A stretch of 63,948 bases of DNA, counting the filler, from Pelomyxa schiedti (taxonomy: Eukaryota; Protista; Evosea), in the NCBI GenBank assembly GCA_020536535.1. It is 10 parts of 10 records of this genome, joined end to end, with 100 filler letters (N's around TTAATTAATTAA, not from the genome) between each part and the next. Parts side by side here need not be neighbours in the genome. Positions count along the whole stretch, not along the records: positions 1 to 2,462 come from JAHLWZ010001982.1; positions 2,563 to 7,886 come from JAHLWZ010000555.1; positions 7,987 to 31,636 come from JAHLWZ010001056.1; 7 more parts are not named here. One strand, given 5' to 3'. Below, piece by piece: positions 1 to 10,029 of the stretch. Within the stretch, counting starts at the first letter, position 1; each line of letters opens with the position of its first letter. The notes under the pieces were generated by a model. It was not told the DNA's origin, did no database searches, and saw only the letters and a program-made list of their open reading frames with translations. The translations under genes were made by a program, and so were the position numbers.

Positions 1-306
1 ACTGCACCCACACATCGGTGTATCATCATCATCGCGGGGCGGGAGATCACGAGGAGCAGGCAAGTCCATGGGCCGCGGGATGGGCAATGGCCGTGGTGTT
101 GTTGGCTACGGCGGCGGCGGCGGCGGCGGCGGCGGCCCACCACCCAAAAAAACCCGCAGAGGCGCTGGTGCTGTTGCTTCTGGCCTTTCTTCCTGATCAT
201 CCGCAAATCAACCTCAGGCTTGAACAGTGTGTCATTGGTTAAAAATTTCGAACCGTTCACACAAAAAAAATTTCCGATCTCAGTCATCTCTCGATAAGAG
301 ATCGAG

Positions 307-1449
307 ATGTCGCTGAAACCAACACCAAAGCGTCCGCGCACAAACCGTCAGAAACCAACAAACGACAGCAGTTGGATCGGGGAGATCGCTGTGAGGCACG
401 GCATCAGAGCCCAGCACCAATTCACGGCGTTGCTTTTGGCGTCGCAGTGTTGCCGGTGCGGGGGCAAGTCGCACGCGGGGGTGTTGGGGCCGGCCCTCGC
501 GAAGCAATTGTGGGACACGTGGGTCATCGGAACTGAGAGGAAACTGGCTGTTGTTGTTCAACAGAAACTGAGCATGTTGGATGCAATGAAGTCCTGCGTC
601 ATCAGGTTTGGGGTGTCGCTGGCGTTGATGGGACTCACAACTGAAGTGCAGGTCACGCGTGAATATTGCTTATGGGTGACTGGTGACATGTTCCTCAAAC
701 CAGTTCACATGGGGGGCCCTGTGCACATCCTGAAGAATGTGGTGAGTGGCAAGGAGACACGTCTGAAGGTGGAGAACCATTACAGAACTACCTGGCGCAT
801 TAATGGAACGTGGTTGGTGCAGCCGAGTGTGGATGGGAAGGCTCTTGTTGTGACTGAAGTGCAAAATGAAGAAAGTGCTGCAGTGCACGTGCCCCTTCCT
901 GGGAACTACCACATCACTGGGTCAGTGAACTGCAACAAAATGTGTTCATCACAAGTGCTGATGCTTATGACCATGGATAGCAGTGAAGAGCAATCAGGCA
1001 GTGACAGCAGCTTGTTGGTTGTTGTGGACATCACCAGCAGCTATGAAACAAAGGTTCTGCAGATTGTGAGTTCCACTCAGTGTGCGTTTCCACGAAGGCA
1101 CTCTGTGAAAGCTATCTATTTGATGAAGAACCAAGCAGACCAGAATGTGTACATCGTTGAGACAATCGCAATTGTCATCATCGGGACGGCAACACACATT
1201 GTGCTGGCTGTTGAATCAAATGGAATGATTTCTGCACTCAGGCGCGAATACAGAGGTTGGTGGCGTGCAGAGGAGCCGCTCTTTGGTCAACTAAGCAGCT
1301 CTCTTTTCACGCTTTCTGATTTAAACAGAGGTATGGAAATCTGGGACTGCAGCTGCACCACAAGTTTCACTACACTCACCACTGAGGAAATTCACACCAA
1401 CAACAACGTTGCCGGTGCTTGTTGGAGGTGGGTTGATTCTCTTCATTGA
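307..1449 (+). CDS. Intronless hypothetical protein, member of a lineage-expanded family (380 aa)
   Basis: Uninterrupted ATG-started ORF. It shares motifs with the ORFs at 8674 and 12765-14030: QFxAL..RCG..S, WxxW, GVSxxLG, and VVVD..S...L.VVS.T.C. Confidence 0.75.
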   Translation: MSLKPTPKRPRTNRQKPTNDSSWIGEIAVRHGIRAQHQFTALLLASQCCRCGGKSHAGVLGPALAKQLWDTWVIGTERKLAVVVQQKLSMLDAMKSCVIRFGVSLALMGLTTEVQVTREYCLWVTGDMFLKPVHMGGPVHILKNVVSGKETRLKVENHYRTTWRINGTWLVQPSVDGKALVVTEVQNEESAAVHVPLPGNYHITGSVNCNKMCSSQVLMLMTMDSSEEQSGSDSSLLVVVDITSSYETKVLQIVSSTQCAFPRRHSVKAIYLMKNQADQNVYIVETIAIVIIGTATHIVLAVESNGMISALRREYRGWWRAEEPLFGQLSSSLFTLSDLNRGMEIWDCSCTTSFTTLTTEEIHTNNNVAGACWRWVDSLH

Positions 1450-1734
1450 TGATCACCACCAACTGCAAGTTGTGGAAGGAACCTCAGGCTTCTGTGTTGC
1501 TTCCATTGGGTTACTCCCTGACTTTCATCTGAATGCAATGTGGTCCTTCCTGTGGTAAAAAAAAAAAGGTTGGTCACCCCTTGGTTTGTTACCAGATTCA
1601 GAGTTTCTGTTGTGCTTACGGGGAGGAAAACAGAAGCAAGGGTTATGCATAATTGTGAATGGACTGCAGGACACTCCACAAAGAAATTTACAGGCCTGCT
1701 GGTCAGCCCTAATTTAATTTCTTTTTTGAAGGAG

Positions 1735-2462
1735 TCAAGTAAAATTTCGTGGCACCTGCTTTTGCTGCTCAAGTAAAATTTCGTGGCGATGACCAACTAA
1801 CTGCTGGACACCACCTCACCTTCCTTGATGGCCTGCTGCTTTGAAAGCCAAGCACCATCAAATGGCCATTAAGTTCCTGTTCTCTCGGTCAGTGTTTGTC
1901 CCTGAGGCTCTCTTTCACACAACACTCACCAACTTTTGGGTCTCTGTCAGTCAGTCCGTCGGTCAGTCGGTCACTCAATCGGCTGCTGTTGTTCCTCCTC
2001 TCCTACTTCCTTCCTCTCTCTCTCAAGCAGCTTTGCAGCCTTAAAATAATAAATAACATCAGCCATACCTCCACTTATTTTGAGCTAGGGTGCTTGGCTC
2101 AGCTGTCCATAGTGCTACTTCTATGCCCCAGTGGCTCGTGAGGTTGCGGGTTCAAAAGCAGTAGAGCTCATCCTAACTTTTTGGCGAACCTTTTTGGCGA
2201 ATGGGCATGTTAATTTGTTAATTTCTTTGCGGTACAAAGCGACCACTTTTGCTGCTCAAGGAAAATTTCGCTGCGCCCAAAGCAACCACTTTTGCTGCTC
2301 AAGGAAAATTTCGTTGCACCTGTTACAACCACTTTTGCTGCTCAAGTAAAATTTCGTGGCACCTGCTTTTGCTGCTCAAGTAAAATTTCGTGGCGATGAC
2401 CAACTAACTGCTGGACACCACCTCACCTTCCTTGATGGCCTGCTGCTTTGAAAGCCAAGCAC
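1735..2462. repeat. 607-bp unit bounded by a 121-nt direct repeat (1735-1855 = 2342-2462); probably a collapsed tandem repeat at the contig end
   Basis: Exact sequence match, and the second copy ends exactly at the N spacer. Confidence 0.8.
2242..2390. repeat. 43-bp minisatellite, core ACCACTTTTGCTGCTCAAG(G/T)AAAATTTCG, about 4 copies
   Basis: Cores at 2242, 2285 and 2328 (period 43), plus a shortened fourth copy ending at 2390. Confidence 0.9.
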
Positions 2463-2562
2463 NNNNNNNNNNNNNNNNNNNNNNNNNNNNNNNNNNNNNN
2501 NNNNNNTTAATTAATTAANNNNNNNNNNNNNNNNNNNNNNNNNNNNNNNNNNNNNNNNNNNN
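2463..2562. other. Artificial contig spacer 44N-TTAATTAATTAA-44N (first of nine)
   Basis: Same construct with the 12-mer at 2507, 7931, 31681, 34223, 37059, 39274, 47573, 60095 and 62871. The 12-mer gives stops in all six frames. Confidence 0.98.
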
Positions 2563-2967
2563 GTGTTGCTTAGTATTTGTTTATTTTGAAGTGATGAATA
2601 ATTTTTTTTTCCTAATCGAATGTTTTTAAATGACTGGTAAGCCAACTTGTCTCTTCTGCAGTTGGTGGGAGTTGTTTTCCCGCAAGATCTTACCTGGAAT
2701 CCCCCTAAATTTCAGCTACTTTTCAGCGGAACTTAAACCACAAACTTGACCAATCAGAGAGCGACACACCTTGGTGCCTGATGTGGAAAAGACACTCAGA
2801 CTCCAGAGCCCGATCCTGCCTCTGTGTACATATACATCCTTGAACTGCTGGGCGGTTCTTCGAAGAACAACCAGCCGCGTGTCCCAGGCACCAACAAATG
2901 CTTCGCCCCTGATCACTTCCAATAACCAGGATTCCATCGTATCCAAAAACAAAACCGTTTGGATAAA

Positions 2968-4596
2968 ATGCGGTTCGTTAGGCACGTTAACCCCCTTCGT
3001 CCCACCGCAGTCACCCTGGTTCTCCTGGTGGCCGGCTCCGTCGCCCTCGCGATGCTGCACTCGTGGTGGCTGGGCCTCGTGGTGTTCGTGGTGCTCGTGG
3101 GCGTGTGGCGCATCACGCTGCGTGCCAAGGCGCCGGTGCCNNNNNNNNNNNNNNNNNNNNNNNNNNNNNNNNNNNNNNNNNNNNNNNNNNNNNNNNNNNN
3201 NNNNNNNNNNNNNNNNNNNNNNNNNNNNNNNNNNNNNNNNTTCTCCTGGTGGCCGGCTCCGTCGCCCTCGCGATGCTGCACTCGTGGTGGCTGGGCCTCG
3301 TGGTGTTCGTGGTGCTCGTGGGCGTGTGGCGCATCACGCTGCGTGCCAAGGCGCCGGTGCCCGTCTCGATGTTCTCGGCCACCAATCCCATAACCGTGGC
3401 TCGGGCGCGCCAGAGCTGGAGGTCGTACCGCGCCGAGCCCAGCGCGCAGGCCCTGAGGAAGCTCGAGGAGTTCATCAGGGACGACGACGCGTGCACGGGG
3501 CCGTTCTTTGGTTCCAAGATCAGAATTGAGTTGGTGCAGACAAAAAAAGCAACAAAACAAAAAGTCGGCACTTATGGTTTCATTTCGGGAGCAAAGGTAA
3601 TTATCATTTAGTTGGAAACGGGGTTCAAAAGTAATTATTTCCGTAACTCATTGAAGCACTAACCAAAAAAAAAAACACAACAAAAAAAGTGGTATGCTGT
3701 TGGAATTTTGACCTCGACTCAATCACCCGTGGATTTTGGATTCGTTTTTGAGAAATTCATACTGCTGGCAACTGCTGCTGGTGTTGGAACATGTTGGCTT
3801 GGAGGGACATTCTCCCATACTGATTTGATCAGCTGTCTAGACTCACCACTGCAGGGCGACGAGAAGATTTACTGTGTCACCCCATTGGGTATCTGTGGTG
3901 ATGACACCTCGTTTTTCCGCGGTACAATTGCTCACCTCTTAATTCACAACAATGACCAATGTATCCTCAAGGCCTGATGCGAAACACTGTGCAGTCAAGC
4001 CGGGCCCACCGCAAGCCGCTCTCCGAGCTATTCTTTGATGCCTCCGGTTCCCCTCTTGCTTTTTCTGCCTTACCCCATGCATTCATCAAAGCTGCCGAGT
4101 GTGTCCGAATCGCCCCAAGTGCCGTAAACTTCCAGCCGTGGCGAGTGGTCTACCAACCGTCATCGCCTTCCAACCCAGAAGCAAGGTGGCACTTCTTTGG
4201 NNNNNNNNNNNNNNNNNNNNNNNNNNNNNNNNNNNNNNNNNNNNNNNNNNNNNNNNNNNNNNNNNNNNNNNNNNNNNNNNNNNNNNNNNNNNNNNNNNNN
4301 CATTCATCAAAGCTGCCGAGTGTGTCCGAATCGCCCCAAGTGCCGTAAACTTCCAGCCGTGGCGAGTGGTCTACCAACCGTCATCGCCTTCCAACCCAGA
4401 AGCAAGGTGGCACTTCTTTGGGACCCAGTCCTCCAGCAACCATTTCGTGCCCAATGACACTGGCATTGCTGGCTCCCACTGGGAAGCTGTTTTACAGCAT
4501 GAAGGCGTGAAGGGCAAGTGGGAGATTCACCAACCTTGTGGGCTAACAGCACCACCCTCAACGTGTTACTACTTTACATGGGTGTTTGAACAATAA
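2968..4596 (+). CDS. Nitroreductase-family (TM1586-like) FMN protein with an N-terminal hydrophobic segment; spliced
   Basis: Motifs RQSWRSY, GTYGFISGA, GVGTCWLGGTF, RKPLSELF and APSAVNFQPWR. GT-AG introns 3597-3689 and 3922-3971 restore the frame. The 100-N gaps at 3141 and 4201 are each flanked by duplicated 121-nt overlaps. Confidence 0.85.
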
Positions 4597-4617
4597 ACAA
4601 AGAAATTTGCAAGTTCT

Positions 4618-6483
4618 TTACAGAAGGTGGTGTTGTTTCTTGTACATATAGCCTTGGTGGATGTCACGGGTGATCCAGGCATAACACACAGGGAGGACGC
4701 TCTCAATCACGTGCTGGAGAGTTGGGAAGAGCGTGGGAAGAGTTCCAATTGGCACAGGCACGTACCACCCTGACATCTGCACTGGTGGTATTCCAGCATA
4801 TGCACTCGGGAATGTGGTGCCGCGCAGTTTGACGTGTGTGAGCGTTCCTTCACGTGCTGCCACCATGTATGGGCTGTCACGTTCTTTGTAAAATATGGAG
4901 ACTCCTTCTTGTGTTGGTGAGGACTTGAGCACATATCTCCCTGGAAATCGATCGCAGAAGTGAATCATGACGTGGTTTGGAAACGCTGAAAAGAGTCTCT
5001 CATACTCGTTGGGATCAAAGAACCCACATATCCAACTGCAGGTGATGGAGAAATGAGCAAAAATAAAGTATGAGGGATGTTGTTTGGCACTGCACACCTG
5101 TGTGATCTCCAATATTCAACCGACACCTGTTGTGAGGGGGGTTTCAGAGTGAGAAAGAACTTGTTGTGTATTAGTTGTTGGGTGTCAAGGCTCACCGGAT
5201 CAAAGGAAACTGCTGTGGGACTCGCTCCTGACAGCCAGAACGTGCACAGATGGAAGAATTTCTCCTTCGTGATGGTCGCACCTTGGAAAACTGTGTGTTT
5301 GTTGTGAGAGAATTGCTGGCAAGGAACCCACAGAAACGGAAATGTTACTCGAATTGATGTCGTGGGAGCTCCATGTTTGCAGTCCTTGTTCATGTGGAAA
5401 ACAGGGATACAACTTATCGAGGGTTGCAACCGCCTGAGACGAGGCACCCTTGGTTAGACGTTGCCACAACTGCTCAGCAAGAATCATGGAGGGGAGCGTA
5501 ATCCCTGGATCCATTTCACATGCCTGTTGTTCACAAGGTCTTTGGGACTGAGGTGTATTCTTTAGTTTCGTCGATGTCACTGTGGAACTGGTGAGTCTAA
5601 GGTTCTTTAAAAAGCAGGAAGAGGGCGGGGGAGGGGGATGAAACACACAAAACTTCCAGTCGGTTTCCACAAAAGAGTCGCCGTGCTTCATGTACAAGGC
5701 AAGCTTCAAATTTCCTTCATATTTTTCCCTGTTCCCATCCTGCACTCTCGTGATGTTCACGATCCTGAAGTCCATGGCTCTTGGATCAGGGTCACCAATC
5801 AAGGTCTGTCCATTGCGCAATGCAACACGTGGCACACAAGGCGGAACGCTCTCAGATCGAACGACCTCGAGCCTCATTGGGAACCTCGGACTGTATGACG
5901 CCTTCTTGGGGAGTCCTGGTGCTGAGTCTTTCTTCTGGATGAAAAGTGGTGACAGGACCTGCTTGATGCCCACAGGTGATTTCTTTGCGCTTGACGGTTT
6001 TGTTGTGTTTGGTGGGGAAGAAGACAGCAGCTCAGTCACTGCAGTGGGTGTGGATGTGGCAACAGATTGTACTGGCGACACCAGCGTCCCGTTGCTGTTG
6101 TCGTCCATGGGCGTCCCTGCCTCTGTATGCTTGCGTTTGCCCGTGTTTGGTTCCGTTTGGAAGTCCGAGTTTTCTGTTGCAACTGACGGCGTGTGGTTGT
6201 TGTGGTAATCCACCATGGATGAATCTTGTCCTGGTTGCGGATCAGCCAGCAACTGGTTGGTGGGTTTTGGGCTGATTGTGGTGGCTGTTGTTTCAGGGGC
6301 TGGATAAATCGGCACACCACCGCCGCACATGGAACATCGAAAGGCAACCGAGTTTGACAAAGACTTGCCAACCGTAACAAAAGAGAACTCGCCTTGTGCG
6401 TCTGGTTTCGTTTGGCATTTCCCACAGGGCAGCCGCACAAACGCGTTTATCCAGCAATAATCGGGGTCCGCGCTCGTAGACAT
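4618..6483 (-). CDS. Hypothetical protein with N-terminal CxxC...CxxC cysteines; probably spliced; exon boundaries approximate
   Basis: Long ORF 5200-6483 followed on the same strand by ORF 4618-5112. The central region is homologous to ORF 6724-7455. Confidence 0.6.
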
Positions 6484-6723
6484 TTTTTTTCACATCACAG
6501 TATTGTGGCAAAAAAAAACTGTGCGAGTAACTTCAGCCCAGAAGGATCAGATAGAAACCTTCTTGCCCTTCTGGGCCAGGACTGCTCACAGCCACAACTT
6601 CCAAGGCCTTTCGGGAACGGGTTCCCAACTTGCTTGACACACTAAGTAGCTACAAAAAAGACAAAAAAAGACAAAGAATAAAACAGCCCTTCCTCCACCA
6701 CACAGGGCAGCACAGAACTGTCA

Positions 6724-7455
6724 ATGCACAATAATCCCTATGATCCACTTCCTCTTCATGCCATATCAGACATGGCAATGCCACAAGCCACAGAAAGCAT
6801 AACTACATTCACATCAGACTCCGTTCCCATGCCCACAACACCAACAGCGCCTATGTTGCCCCCTCAACCAGGCCTTCAACTTCGTCCCAACAGTGCCACT
6901 AGTTCTCCCAAATCACCATCAAAGGGCTCACATAGTCGTAAGAGTGGTAAGAGTGAGGGAATTACACATCAGCTAGGTCCGCTGTTCAAATCAAGAAGAG
7001 ATAGTGCCCCCGGGCTGCCCATAAAAGCGTCATACAGCCCCAAATATCCGATGAATCTTATGCGTGTTCCGACTTCCCACGTCCCACAAGGAGCTGATTC
7101 AGTTCTCCTTTGTGGTGGAATGAGTTTGGTTGGAGTGCCGGATGCTTCTGCCCCGGAATTCCGGCTGGTCAATGAGACTGTATCTAGCACTAATAAGACC
7201 AAATACGACGGAAACTTGAAATTGGTGAAGTACAACCTCGTAGGAGAAACCTTTGTGAGAACTGATGAAGAATACTGTTTGTTCATACTTGTTAACTTGA
7301 CTGCGCGAATAATGTACTCTTTAAGGTACCGCAACAGTACGAAAAGCACTTGTACTTCCGGAAGTCGAGGATATCTCTATACCCGCAGCGTTGAAACGGA
7401 CTTGTGCTGCAGAAATGTGGTCTCAGTACCTCACCTCAGGCTCAGCAGCAGTTGA
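6724..7455 (+). CDS. Hypothetical protein, paralog of the central domain of the 5200-6483 ORF
   Basis: DSAPGLPIKASYSPKYPMNL...KYDGNLKL aligns with DSAPGLPKKASYSPRFPMRL...KYEGNLKL. Confidence 0.65.
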   Translation: MHNNPYDPLPLHAISDMAMPQATESITTFTSDSVPMPTTPTAPMLPPQPGLQLRPNSATSSPKSPSKGSHSRKSGKSEGITHQLGPLFKSRRDSAPGLPIKASYSPKYPMNLMRVPTSHVPQGADSVLLCGGMSLVGVPDASAPEFRLVNETVSSTNKTKYDGNLKLVKYNLVGETFVRTDEEYCLFILVNLTARIMYSLRYRNSTKSTCTSGSRGYLYTRSVETDLCCRNVVSVPHLRLSSS

Positions 7456-7986
7456 GGTTTCATTGGTTGTGAACCGCATATGCCCACTCTTAGACATTCC
7501 TGAAATAAAAAAACTCGGTTATGTTCCTGCATACCTAAAGTATCATGCTTACAAAACGTAGTTAGTTTCAATGGTTACATATATTTCAAGAGATGGCTCT
7601 CTTTTTCCTGTTATTGCATGAATACCAACCGAAGTTGGGATCAGGTTTGGCTTTTACTGGTTTTTTATTCTCTCACTGAATGAAGGAGATTCTCACAACT
7701 TGGTCTGAGATGAAGTATGTTCAGCCTTAAAGAAAAAAAAAAACCTGCAACGTTGCACAGGTTCATCCATGGATGGATCTCTCCCAGGTTGGAAGAAAAT
7801 TGTAATGTAATCTTCATCGTATGTACTGAAGACAACAACGGCATCTACAACATTGTTAGTAAACATACCAATGCAGTAAGCATCCCNNNNNNNNNNNNNN
7901 NNNNNNNNNNNNNNNNNNNNNNNNNNNNNNTTAATTAATTAANNNNNNNNNNNNNNNNNNNNNNNNNNNNNNNNNNNNNNNNNNNN

Positions 7987-8273
<287 letters not shown>

Positions 8274-8673
8274 ACGCACAGCTCTAATAAACAAACAAAC
8301 AACAGACAACAACCAAATAGAGACGGACCACAGAGCCGCACAGGGCGGATATACGGGAAGAGCAGGAGTCTTGTTGAATGTGGTAAGCACAGGGCTCTAT
8401 CTCCCCTCCTCCGATCTTTGGTCTCGTGTTGTGGTGCCACTGGTTTGGCCAAACAACTGCGGGACCGGGTCGGGTTGGGGGGAAAAGGAAACCCTGTTAC
8501 CTGCCAAGACACACTCCTTCCCGTGCCCTTGTGGTTCTGGCCGTCTCTTGGTTGTTGGCGTAACAGAATAAATACTTGTTTCAAACCTACTACTGTTTTT
8601 TCTTTCAAATTACTGGTCTCTTGGCGGCCGGAATGTAAGCAACAAACAACATAACGCCGCTTTTTGGAAACAC

Positions 8674-9936
8674 ATGTACAGGCCGGCGACACCGCATTCC
8701 AATTTCGAACCGTCGTGGTACCGATTGGCAACACCCAATGACCACAGAAACATTACTGACGAGACACCTCCCACTCTGTGTGCAACTGCCGTGCTCGATG
8801 CGCGTGCGCAGTTCGTCGCATTAGCCTCTGGAGTTGTCATACCCCGGTGTGGGCAGCACAGTGCGTTGCGAGTGCTGGAAGCGTCAGTGGGTGTGGTTTC
8901 TGACCTGGGGAGGAACTGGGTGGTGAGGGCTACAAAGTACGTTGCACACTTGATAGATAGGAAGGTTGAGGTCCAGACTTCTGGTGCTGACTTCTGGTCG
9001 GTGCGATGTTGTGTGCACTTGGGACTGTCACTGACACTTGGTGTCGTTCAGTGTGCATGTTGGCACAGCCCAGAGCTTCGGGGAATACACAGTATTGCGG
9101 GGGGAAACAAGCTTCTGGTGAACCTCAAGGGGAAACTTTGGGTGGTGGACAACAAAGGCAAATTTGTAAAGAGCCTGGAAGCAAGGGGGTGGAATGCATT
9201 GAATACAAAATGGGTTGTATCTTTGCACAGTGGCATGCTTACTGTGTGGAAGATAGAAAAAGGTGAAGTCTGGAGCTGTGGTCATCTGAAAATCCCTGAT
9301 TCTCATTTGCCTCAATTTGATATGTATGGTGCACAGTTCCCCCCTGGTGAATCGGATGAATTAGCACTGTTTGGCACAGATGTGCTATTTGTAGACTTAC
9401 ATAAAAGTGTGGGGCAGGGTACACTGGTGACCACAAGGAGGGTAACTCTGCCCTACACTCACCTATTGGGTCTGCTGTGGGTTTCCCCAGCTGAAATGCT
9501 CAGTATCCACGGGTCCATAAAGGGAATCCCTCCATGGTCCAGATGTGACTTCAGGATTTTCAACACAGTGACACAAAATGTCACACTCTTCTCGCAACGT
9601 TCGGGACAATTAATATACCCTCCTTCTCACCTAGTAATCTGCACCTTCAACCTTGACACAGGCGCTATCGACGAAGATGTGTTTGGTGCCTCTGACTTGA
9701 CAACTCCCTGCAACTGTATCTCTGGCATACACCGAGTTCATTGGACCTCAGGCTTATATGATGTACCATGTCCCTCGGCCCCACAGATAAATGTGTTTCT
9801 GGTGAAAGATCTTGTGACTGGCAAACACCTGGCAACTGTCACTGCATCCTACAAACTACCTCGCGCAATGTCAGACAGTGAAGAAATGCTCCACAACACG
9901 CGCCCGATGTCGCCCCCTTGGCCCTTCAATTCTTAA
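8674..9936 (+). CDS. Intronless hypothetical protein of the expanded family (420 aa)
   Basis: Motifs DARAQFVALASGVVIPRCG, LSLTLGVV, NTKWVV and LFVDL are shared with the other members. Confidence 0.8.
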   Translation: MYRPATPHSNFEPSWYRLATPNDHRNITDETPPTLCATAVLDARAQFVALASGVVIPRCGQHSALRVLEASVGVVSDLGRNWVVRATKYVAHLIDRKVEVQTSGADFWSVRCCVHLGLSLTLGVVQCACWHSPELRGIHSIAGGNKLLVNLKGKLWVVDNKGKFVKSLEARGWNALNTKWVVSLHSGMLTVWKIEKGEVWSCGHLKIPDSHLPQFDMYGAQFPPGESDELALFGTDVLFVDLHKSVGQGTLVTTRRVTLPYTHLLGLLWVSPAEMLSIHGSIKGIPPWSRCDFRIFNTVTQNVTLFSQRSGQLIYPPSHLVICTFNLDTGAIDEDVFGASDLTTPCNCISGIHRVHWTSGLYDVPCPSAPQINVFLVKDLVTGKHLATVTASYKLPRAMSDSEEMLHNTRPMSPPWPFNS

Positions 9937-10029
9937 AAAGAGAGTAGCGACAGACTCTGGCCAAGAAATTGATGCTTGTAGTCTTTTTTTCTTGTAAAAA
10001 CAACCATCGTTCGGCTGGGTACGGGCGTG

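Noticed and set aside
2242-2390. CRISPR array
   Set aside because: Linkers are only 5-14 nt and related to each other, there are no cas genes, and the context is eukaryotic. It is a minisatellite.
2507-2518. TTAATTAATTAA as a biological motif or piggyBac TTAA target site
   Set aside because: It is always centred in exactly 44+44 Ns, so it is an artificial six-frame-stop linker.
3020-3361. Internal duplications in the nitroreductase gene (also 4080-4421) and in BUB2 (52636-52977)
   Set aside because: Exact 121-nt overlaps flanking 100-N gaps are unresolved assembly overlaps.
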